A stretch of 64,000 bases of DNA from Candidatus Omnitrophota bacterium (GTDB taxonomy: Bacteria > Omnitrophota > Omnitrophia > Omnitrophales > Aquincolibacteriaceae): NCBI GenBank assembly GCA_903856085.1, contig CAIOAT010000038.1:26777-90776 (forward strand). Reading direction: 5' to 3'. Made by a program: the position numbers and the translations under genes. Positions within the stretch are counted from its first letter, which is position 1; each line of letters begins with the position of its first letter. The notes under the pieces were generated by a model. That model did not search any database. It was given only the letters and a program-made list of their open reading frames with translations, and had not been told where the DNA came from. Positions 9,681-16,624 of the stretch are shown piece after piece.

Positions 9681-9964
9681 TTTATTTTTTTCAGAAATAC
9701 CGCAATCAGCCCCAACCTCTGAGCAACAGTCAACTCCAGCTCCGCGAGCAACCCCCTGGCACTGTGGAGATATTGTTTGTGTTCCGTCGGAGCATACCGC
9801 TGGAATCCCTCCGCAATGTTCGCAGAGGCTGAAACGGCAGCACGGTGAGGCAGCGAAGTCAAGCCACATACTTCCTCGCGAAGAAAATCAAGGATTGGCA
9901 CATCAACATCCGTCGTGATTTCGGTCCCAAGATTCCAAGTCCTCAAATCTTTAAAGCTCTGCAT
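9677..9964 (-). CDS. Four-helix-bundle protein (23S rRNA intervening-sequence protein family, TIGR02436-like)
   Basis: It carries the hallmark motif ..GLTSLPHRAAVSASANIAEGFQRY..HSARGLLAELELTVAQRLGLI. The likely start is the ATG at 9964 (MQSFKDLRTWNL); the ORF-track start at 10018 is probably upstream of the true start. Confidence 0.55.
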   Translation of the reverse strand: MQSFKDLRTWNLGTEITTDVDVPILDFLREEVCGLTSLPHRAAVSASANIAEGFQRYAPTEHKQYLHSARGLLAELELTVAQRLGLIAVFLKKIK

Positions 9965-10018
9965 CTTTTCCATACGCATTCCTAACGAGATTCGCTTCAC
10001 CGACATACGACATGCCAT

Positions 10019-10762
10019 TTACTTCGCCCTGAAATAGACCAGTTTTTTAACCAAAAGCATCATCGCTGAGAGAGAACTCCCCTTATAACCTTTTTCGATG
10101 ACCGCCGGATCGCCGAAACGGCGCATTTCGGAAAGCTCTTCGCCGGAAATGGAATCGAAGAAAACGATCACGGGGATCTCGAGCTTCATCGCCTTGAATT
10201 TTTCATAAAATTCGCGGCCGTCCATGACCGGCATTTTAATGTCGAGAAGGATCGCGTCCGGCCGCTCACGCGCAATCGCTTCGAGTGCTTTCTCGCCATT
10301 TGCGGCGCATGTTACCTCGAACGCGGGAGATTTTCGCCCGTCCAAATAATCCCGAACCATTATTCCGATCTCCTCTTCATCATCCACCACCAACAGCCGC
10401 AGCAGTTCAGGCATCGGAAGAATCTCTACGAAACGCTTGTTGAGATCGACGGGGGACGGCATAGCGGGAAAAACGGCGTCGAAGAGAGCTCCTTTATCGG
10501 CCGCCGGAGCTTCCCCAAGAAGACAAAACCGGAACGTCGGATCCGTACTCTTACGAACCTTGATCTTTTGGAGAAAAGCCTTGCTTAAAAAGCACGGCTC
10601 GGCAAAAAGAACGCCGGGAAGGGATTTGTCAAAAACGATGGAGGCTTTTGAAGATTCTTCGATGATCGATACGATCGCGGGCGTGTCACTTAAATAATTC
10701 CGTAGAAAAGGCCCCCAAAGCCCTCCGCTTTTCTCGAGAACGAGGGCAGAAGGTACGAACAT
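10019..10762 (-). CDS. Response regulator with a C-terminal receiver (REC) domain and an N-terminal domain of unknown function of about 115 aa
   Basis: The REC signatures are LLVVDDEEEIGIMVRDYL..DAILLDIKMPVMDGREFYEKFKA..IPVIVFF. This is the phospho-accepting Asp pocket, DD..D..K. The N-terminal 115 aa have no recognisable motif. Confidence 0.7.
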   Translation of the reverse strand: MFVPSALVLEKSGGLWGPFLRNYLSDTPAIVSIIEESSKASIVFDKSLPGVLFAEPCFLSKAFLQKIKVRKSTDPTFRFCLLGEAPAADKGALFDAVFPAMPSPVDLNKRFVEILPMPELLRLLVVDDEEEIGIMVRDYLDGRKSPAFEVTCAANGEKALEAIARERPDAILLDIKMPVMDGREFYEKFKAMKLEIPVIVFFDSISGEELSEMRRFGDPAVIEKGYKGSSLSAMMLLVKKLVYFRAK

Positions 10763-10774
10763 GATCTTTTAAGG

Positions 10775-11224
10775 CTATGAAAACGAGCCGCACACGTTGG
10801 CGGAATTATACGTCGGCCCGTAAAGATGGGTTCCGGCAAAAACACCCCCATTCGTCAAAGTGACCGTCCCGGCACAATCATTCGTTGCACCTGCCTTATG
10901 CAACCGCGTCGCCGTCGCGATGAAGTTCGAACCGCTAGTCAAATCAACCTTGTAGGAAAATTGAGCATTGTTCGGATCATCGATCCCTAACTTATTCCAC
11001 TCCGTGGAACCACTCGAAGAAGTAAGCGATAGGTAAGCGCTATTTTCGAGTTTATAGGCCTCCTCACCTTGTCGAATGGCGGAGAGAATCACGACCGATT
11101 CGGCAACAACCCCACGTTCCTCCTGACCAAAAAAACGCGGGATCATCAGCGCCGCCAATAATCCAATGGCAACCAACACGATCAAAATCTCAATCATCGT
11201 AAAACCTTTATTCATTCTCATCAT
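10775..11224 (-). CDS. Type IV pilin/pseudopilin-like protein with a prepilin-type N-terminal cleavage/methylation domain
   Basis: MMRMNKG|FTMIEILIVLVAIGLLAALMIP is the class III signal. The start is reassigned to the ATG at 11224, with a GAGGGGGG Shine-Dalgarno upstream. Confidence 0.7.
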   Translation of the reverse strand: MMRMNKGFTMIEILIVLVAIGLLAALMIPRFFGQEERGVVAESVVILSAIRQGEEAYKLENSAYLSLTSSSGSTEWNKLGIDDPNNAQFSYKVDLTSGSNFIATATRLHKAGATNDCAGTVTLTNGGVFAGTHLYGPTYNSANVCGSFS

Positions 11225-11413
11225 GTTAGAAGCCCCCCTCTTTTTCCAAAATTCCCTTAACATCAAGCTACTCACCGGTGCAAGGATTACAAACATGAAA
11301 CCGAAACTCGATCAAGAACACACACCTTCATCTTTCCTTCCCTCATGGAAAAGAGCCGAGGGTTCATTTTCTTCGATACCTATCGGACAGATTCAGTCAG
11401 CAATCTAAAGTGT

Positions 11414-11887
11414 CTAGGATGCCTGACATGCAACCGTCACGAGCTTGCCGTCAAAACCTTCCGTCGTCACAGGCTTATACGACCCCAAACAAACATAGGC
11501 CCCGGTTGCGATATCTATCCGGATACCATTTCCCCCCGGACCTATCCTGCCCGTCTCAGTCGCCTGGCAAGCTCCCTCTGCCGGCAAACATTCATAATCA
11601 AACCCGGTACTGGCTTCCACATTCGGAAGTTTCATCTCGTTCCACCCTGGTGTATAGATTCTCTTCTCGCCAATTTTTCTTGCGGAAAGAGGCTTGTAAG
11701 CCTGGGTGGATTGCTGGTAAGCCGTCTCTGCGCGGCGGAGCGTCACAAGCATTTTCTGCGCTTCCGTCAAATTTGCGCGAAATTTCTGCTCTGGCTCCGG
11801 TCTAGGACGAAATAAAAAAAACATAAATGAAAAAAGCGATGCGAGTAAAACCAGATAAAGAATCTTCTTCAAACAGATACCTCGCAT
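11414..11887 (-). CDS. Hypothetical pilin-fold-like protein lacking a canonical G-F-T-L-I-E prepilin site
   Basis: It has an N-terminal hydrophobic helix (ILYLVLLASLFSFMFFLF), a pilin-like amphipathic segment (LTEAQKMLVTLRRAETAYQQSTQAY), and C-terminal Cys pairs (ECLPAEGAC, CLGSY...VAC). It sits inside the pilin array. Confidence 0.35.
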   Translation of the reverse strand: MRGICLKKILYLVLLASLFSFMFFLFRPRPEPEQKFRANLTEAQKMLVTLRRAETAYQQSTQAYKPLSARKIGEKRIYTPGWNEMKLPNVEASTGFDYECLPAEGACQATETGRIGPGGNGIRIDIATGAYVCLGSYKPVTTEGFDGKLVTVACQAS

Positions 11888-11931
11888 CGCTTTCTGCTCT
11901 GCCGGATCAAAAAACAACCGGCATCATTGCA

Positions 11932-12369
11932 CTAGAGCAGAGTGCATCCCCCATTCGTCATGGTCGTATAATCCGAACCGCAGCTCCAAACTCCGGCACT
12001 GGTTATAGTTGCACGTTTATTGGTAGCTCCAGTCCTTTCAGCCGCACACTGCGAACTTGAACATGTGTAAGTGAACTTGGCGCCAACACCACTTGACACG
12101 GCAGCTCCGGGAGTTCTCATCCCCAGCCTGGCCCACTCCGACGAAGAGGTATTCGCGGTGATCGTGGCAAAAACGCCTCCCGTATCGATGTTTGCCTGCT
12201 GCGCGCGAATCATGGTACCAAGCATCATATTGGCCTCCGCAGCCAAGGCTTTCTCCGGCGCAGATAGCATTCGCGGCATGAGTAGAGACGCCAAAATACC
12301 GATAACCACTACTACGATTAAAATCTCTATGAGTGTAAACCCCTTATTTCCACCCATTGTAGTCTTCAT
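11932..12369 (-). CDS. Type IV pilin (major pilin-like), paralog 1
   Basis: MKTTMGGNKG|FTLIEILIVVVVIGILASLLMP, a C-terminal disulfide (TYTCSS..C..WSCGSDYTTMTNGGCTLL). It is about 85% identical to paralog 2. The start is reassigned to the ATG at 12369. Confidence 0.8.
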   Translation of the reverse strand: MKTTMGGNKGFTLIEILIVVVVIGILASLLMPRMLSAPEKALAAEANMMLGTMIRAQQANIDTGGVFATITANTSSSEWARLGMRTPGAAVSSGVGAKFTYTCSSSQCAAERTGATNKRATITSAGVWSCGSDYTTMTNGGCTLL

Positions 12370-12378
12370 TTTACCCAA

Positions 12379-12393
12379 CCCCCCCCCCCCCCC
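12379..12393 (-). promoter_or_regulatory. Homopolymeric C15 tract on the plus strand, G15 on the coding strand. It lies 9 nt upstream of the pilin paralog-1 start codon, in the RBS/promoter-proximal position.
   Basis: Read directly: ...ttacccaa ccccccccccccccc ttgtaccc. On the coding strand this is CAGGGTACAA-G15-TTGGGTAAA-ATG. Confidence 0.6.
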
Positions 12394-12463
12394 TTGTACC
12401 CTGGTTTCCCGGGACAGGCCGGCCGATAGGCCAAGCCTGCCCCGAGAGCAGAGAGTAGTTAGA

Positions 12464-12901
12464 CTACAATAGCGTACAGCCACCATTCGTCATGGTCGTA
12501 TAATCGGAACCGCAGCTCCAAGCTCCTGCACTGGTTAAAGTTGCAGTTTTTGCGGCAACGCCAGTCCTTACCGCACCACACTGCCCACTTGAACATGTGT
12601 AGGTGAACTTGGCGCCAGCGCCGGCTGTTAATGCAAGTCCGGGAGTATTCATGCCTAAACGGGCCCACTCCGAAGAAGAGGTATTCGCGGTGATCGTCGC
12701 AAAAACGCCTCCTGAATCGGTGTTCGCCTGTTGGGCACGAATCATGGTGCCAAGCATCTGATTGGCTTCAGCGGCTATAGCTTTCTCCGGCGCAGACAAC
12801 ATGCGCGGCAGAATTAAAGACGCCAAAATCCCGATGACAACAACTACGATCAAAATTTCTATAAGGGTAAAACCCTTACTTGAACCCTTCTTGTTTTTCA
12901 T
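12464..12901 (-). CDS. Type IV pilin, paralog 2
   Basis: MKNKKGSSKG|FTLIEILIVVVVIGILASLILPRMLSAPEKAIAAEANQMLGTMIRAQQAN... It is near-identical to paralog 1 through the N-terminal helix and the C-terminal disulfide loop. Confidence 0.8.
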   Translation of the reverse strand: MKNKKGSSKGFTLIEILIVVVVIGILASLILPRMLSAPEKAIAAEANQMLGTMIRAQQANTDSGGVFATITANTSSSEWARLGMNTPGLALTAGAGAKFTYTCSSGQCGAVRTGVAAKTATLTSAGAWSCGSDYTTMTNGGCTLL

Positions 12902-12998
12902 ACTTTCCTCCTTTGATTAACTGCCTATTTATTAATCGACACATCCACTTTTTCCTTCACTTTTTCCTTCACTTCTTCCCAACAACACCCTCACACTT

Positions 12999-13433
12999 CT
13001 AAAGCAAGCGACATCCACCATTAAGCATGGGCGTATACTCCGGACCACAGGTCCAAGTTCCACCCGCACTCAGCTTTGCCCATTTATTAGGCTGATCAAG
13101 CCTGTAACCAATACACTCCTGCGTAGCGGAGTTGCATGTATAAGAAAACTTTGCACCATTGCCAGAGGCTGTGGCAGATCCGGGTTGGATCATGCCTAAT
13201 ATTTGCCAGGGCGCGGGAGTCACATTATCGCTGACTGCGAGAAAACCGGATCCCTTATCAACGTTCACCCTCTGCGCTCGCATTATGGCGCCAAGGGTCG
13301 TATTGGCCTCCGCCACAAAAGCTTTTTCTGGCACACTCACCAACTTCGGAATGATGATAGCTGCCAAAACCCCGATGACCACGACCACCAACAACACTTC
13401 AACGAGCGTGAAGCCTTTCTTATGTCTCATCAT
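12999..13433 (-). CDS. Type IV pilin, paralog 3
   Basis: MMRHKKG|FTLVEVLLVVVVIGVLAAIIIPKLVSVPEKAFVAEANTTLGAIMRAQ..C..C..WTCGPEYTPMLNGGCRLL. The start is reassigned to the ATG at 13433. Confidence 0.8.
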   Translation of the reverse strand: MMRHKKGFTLVEVLLVVVVIGVLAAIIIPKLVSVPEKAFVAEANTTLGAIMRAQRVNVDKGSGFLAVSDNVTPAPWQILGMIQPGSATASGNGAKFSYTCNSATQECIGYRLDQPNKWAKLSAGGTWTCGPEYTPMLNGGCRLL

Positions 13434-13582
13434 AGCCTCCCTACCATCTATTCTAGCACCGATACCGCAAAAAGGGAATACCACTAAGAAAATGCCCTTT
13501 ACTTCATGAACCGCCCTCTTCCGTATAGAGCTGATACCTTTGATAAAACACCGTGCCATTGGGGCTGCTTAAAAACACTCGC

Positions 13583-14920
13583 CTAATTTGTCCCTGCCCG
13601 GGTCGACAGTTCAATGATGGGCATAAACATGGCAATCACGATCGTACCGATCACACCCCCCATGAACACCAAAAGGAATGGCTCCAAAAGCGTCGTCAGA
13701 CGTGCAAGAAACGTGTCGACCTGATCTTCATAATAGTTAGCCAAAAGGTCCAAAAAACGATCGAGTTGACCGCTTTCCTCGCCAACTGTAATAAGCTGGG
13801 TCATAAAGACCGGAAATATCTTCCGGGCTTCAAGCTGAGCACCGAGTCTTTGCCCGTTGCGAACCTGCTGCGCTACCCGTTTGATACCCCCCTCAATGAA
13901 CGGATTCTCCACAAGCCGTCCGGCGATCTCAAGCGCCTGAAGGATTTGCACGCCGGCACGCAGAAGAGTTCCGAGCGATCTTGTGAAACGGATCACGGCC
14001 ACTTGCATCAGGATCGTCCCAAAAATAGGCGCTCCTAAAGCTATTCTGGAGTAAAACATCTGCACCGAGAGCATCTTTCCACTCCAAACAAAAGCAATCA
14101 CCGCGGCAGCCACGCACCCAGCCGCCCAGAGAAAGTGCATTCTCAAGACATTGCTTATGGCCACGACGATCTGGGTCAAGACCGGAAGCTCTAATTTTTG
14201 AGACGCAAAAATTTCAGAGAACTTCGGAACGATAAATAGCAAAAGAAATGTGAGAGCGCAAATCACCGCCACCGTCAGAACCCCTGGATAAAAAAATGCG
14301 GTAACCACCTTGCTTTTGATCCGCGCTGCTGATTCCTGATAGTGAGCGATCTCTTCAAGACACTCCGGCAGTTTTCCTGTTGTTTCTCCGACCCCCACAA
14401 GATTCACCCAGATCCACGGAAAAACATGCGGGAAGCTCCGAAGCGCGTTACTGAACGTACCGCCTCCCGTGATCTTCTTACACATGGACTGGAGAACCTT
14501 CCGAAAAAAAAGATTCGTAATACCCCTTTCAATGATCTCCAGCGCTCGAAGAAGCGGAATACCCGCCTTGAGAAGGGTCGAGAGTTGCACAGCGAAAAAA
14601 ATGGCCTCGCGAGGCGAAACGTGATTGGAGAATGAGAACAAAGCTCCTCCAGACTTCTTATCGGAATCGGCGGGCAACGAAGGTTTCGAAAAGATATTTT
14701 TAAACCCGCTTTTCTTCTTTCCTTGCTCCCAGACTTTAATCACGACATACCCTTGACCAAGAAGCTTTTGAATGGCGGCATCCTTTGTCGGAGCTTCCAC
14801 GGTCAAAGTCTTAGCCTCCCCCGGACGGTCGCGCAAGCGGACCTGAGCATCAAAGCGCAGATCCGGCTCTTTAGACATGTTCGCTTGTTGGAATCCCATG
14901 ATGGGTTCATTCATAAGCAA
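13583..14920 (-). CDS. pilC: Type IV pilus assembly platform protein PilC (GspF family)
   Basis: Two GspF repeats (..LLKAGIPLLRALEII.., ..LLRAGVQILQALEIA..), three TM helices, and an N-terminal F.Y.A.D..G pattern (RFDAQVRLRDRPGEAKTLTVEAPTKDAAIQKLLGQGYVVI). The true start may be an internal Met, 14878 or 14899. Confidence 0.85.
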   Translation of the reverse strand: MLMNEPIMGFQQANMSKEPDLRFDAQVRLRDRPGEAKTLTVEAPTKDAAIQKLLGQGYVVIKVWEQGKKKSGFKNIFSKPSLPADSDKKSGGALFSFSNHVSPREAIFFAVQLSTLLKAGIPLLRALEIIERGITNLFFRKVLQSMCKKITGGGTFSNALRSFPHVFPWIWVNLVGVGETTGKLPECLEEIAHYQESAARIKSKVVTAFFYPGVLTVAVICALTFLLLFIVPKFSEIFASQKLELPVLTQIVVAISNVLRMHFLWAAGCVAAAVIAFVWSGKMLSVQMFYSRIALGAPIFGTILMQVAVIRFTRSLGTLLRAGVQILQALEIAGRLVENPFIEGGIKRVAQQVRNGQRLGAQLEARKIFPVFMTQLITVGEESGQLDRFLDLLANYYEDQVDTFLARLTTLLEPFLLVFMGGVIGTIVIAMFMPIIELSTRAGTN

Positions 14921-16601
14921 CGCTCAAAATCTCGTCTAAAGAGGTTAACCCTCGCTCCACCTTCTTGATCCCGTTCTGAAGGAGCGTCTCATATTTTTTT
15001 TCTTTTTGAAGATCCCTCAACTTGGAAATATCCGCGTCCTTTGTGATAAGACGCCGGATATCTTCACCGATCGGCAGAACCTCATAAATGGCCATACGCC
15101 CCCAATAACCAATATCCCGGCACTTGGGACAACCTTTGGCCCTGTAAAGAGTCTCCGTCCGGATCCGATAATCCGCCTGGGTCTTAGGATCCACTTTGAA
15201 CGGTTCTTTACAGTGCGGACAAAGAATACGGATCAGGCGCTGGGCCGCTACAAGCCCGAGACTTCCCGCGACCAAATAGGCCTGAATCCCGATGTCGATA
15301 AGGCGGGTCATGGCCGTCACGGCATCGTTGGTGTGTAATGTGGAGAGCACCAAATGGCCGGTGAGGGACGCGCGAATGCAGATCTCGGCCGTCTCAAGAT
15401 CGCGCACTTCTCCCACCAAGATCACATCCGGATCCTGACGCAAAAAAGCGCGTAGAGCCGCAGAAAAAGTCAGTCCGATCTCCGGCTTCACCTGGACTTG
15501 GTTCATGCCCGAAATTTGATACTCGACTGGATCTTCAATGGTCAAAATATTGATCTCTGGAGAAAGACGTTTGTTCAGAGCCGCGTAAAGCGTTGTGCTC
15601 TTACCGCTTCCCGTCGGTCCGGTCACAAAGATAAGCCCATAAGGCCGCATCAGTGCCGTCTCAAACTGCGCGAGCTGTTCGGGTTCAAAACCAAGCGAAT
15701 TCATATCCAAAAGATCCACGCGCTTCTCCAGAATACGCATCACAACCTTTTCTCCGAAAACAATCGGGATGGTTGATACGCGCATATCAACCTTGTTTCC
15801 TTTGTACTGCAGCGCGAACGAACCATCCTGAGGAATCCGCTTTTCAGCAATATCCATTTTGGAAAGGATCTTGATGCGCGAGACCAGCGCGTTATGCAGT
15901 TCCCGGGGAGGCGGAGGAAGTTCGTAGAGAACGCCGTCAATGCGATAGCGAATATTAATCTTGTCGTGGAACGGTTCGATGTGGATATCGCTTGCTCGGT
16001 CCTCAAGAGCTTTACGGATCAGGACATCCACGAGCTTGACCACGGGGGCCTTTTCAGCTTCTAAAATGGTCGCTTCAAGATCGATCTTATGATCGCCCTC
16101 TTCCTTGACAAAATCCTGCGTAACATCATCGACCTCCGAGGACGAAACGACTTCCTGAAGATCGGAACTGCCATAATACGTCTCGATGGCCCGCCGAAGT
16201 TCACCCTCGGTCGAAAGAACCGTCGTAATGTCAAACCCGGTAAGTTTGCGAAGATTATCCATGAAAATAAGATCGGGCATTTTCGCCACGGCTACTTTGA
16301 GCACCTGTCCGGAACGCTCCAGGGGAAGAACGAGATTGGCAAACGCAAACTCAGCTGAAATGCACTCCTTGAGGCGCTGGTCCATGCGGGGTTTTAATTG
16401 CGCGGGGGCAAGGAAAGAAACGCCGAGCTGCTCGGCCAAAACTACCTTGAGCTGAGCATCCTGCAGGAAACCCAAGTGGATCAAGATCTGACCCAGCGGT
16501 TCTCTGGATTCTTTTTGTTTGGCAAGAGCCTGGGCGAGCTGCTCCCGGGTGATGAGCCGCCGTTCGACAAGAATGTCGCCCAACAAAGCGTTAGTACCCA
16601 T
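14907..16601 (-). CDS. pilB: Type IV pilus assembly ATPase PilB (GspE family)
   Basis: The N-terminal T2SSE_N-like domain is LITREQLAQALAKQKESREPLGQILIHLGFL. Walker A is GPTGSGKSTT, with Asp/His boxes. The zinc-binding tetracysteine motif is CPHCKEP..CPKCRDIGYWGR. Confidence 0.9.
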   Translation of the reverse strand: MGTNALLGDILVERRLITREQLAQALAKQKESREPLGQILIHLGFLQDAQLKVVLAEQLGVSFLAPAQLKPRMDQRLKECISAEFAFANLVLPLERSGQVLKVAVAKMPDLIFMDNLRKLTGFDITTVLSTEGELRRAIETYYGSSDLQEVVSSSEVDDVTQDFVKEEGDHKIDLEATILEAEKAPVVKLVDVLIRKALEDRASDIHIEPFHDKINIRYRIDGVLYELPPPPRELHNALVSRIKILSKMDIAEKRIPQDGSFALQYKGNKVDMRVSTIPIVFGEKVVMRILEKRVDLLDMNSLGFEPEQLAQFETALMRPYGLIFVTGPTGSGKSTTLYAALNKRLSPEINILTIEDPVEYQISGMNQVQVKPEIGLTFSAALRAFLRQDPDVILVGEVRDLETAEICIRASLTGHLVLSTLHTNDAVTAMTRLIDIGIQAYLVAGSLGLVAAQRLIRILCPHCKEPFKVDPKTQADYRIRTETLYRAKGCPKCRDIGYWGRMAIYEVLPIGEDIRRLITKDADISKLRDLQKEKKYETLLQNGIKKVERGLTSLDEILSVAYE

Positions 16602-16624
16602 GCTTTTTTGTATTATTCCCTATC

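Noticed and set aside
8421-9722. 433-aa plus-strand ORF
   Set aside because: It is antisense to the well-supported glycoside hydrolase gene. The translation is Arg/Lys/Pro-rich with no motifs.
9681-9869. Cys-rich 63-aa N-terminal extension of the hydrolase ORF (MWLDFAASPCCRFSLCEHCGG...)
   Set aside because: It overlaps the four-helix-bundle gene on the same strand in another frame. The internal ATG at 9680 gives a textbook signal peptide, so the extension is an artefact of taking the longest ORF.
12902-12998. Short tandem repeat ctttttccttca x2 between pilin paralogs 2 and 3
   Set aside because: It is only two copies of 12 nt. This is likely a chance or low-complexity promoter-region sequence, and it is too small to call a repeat feature.
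13434-13582. Sigma54-type promoter upstream of pilin paralog 3 (TGGCACGGTGTTTTATC)
   Set aside because: The -24 TGGCAC is present, but the -12 element lacks the essential GC dinucleotide at the correct spacing. This is not convincing.
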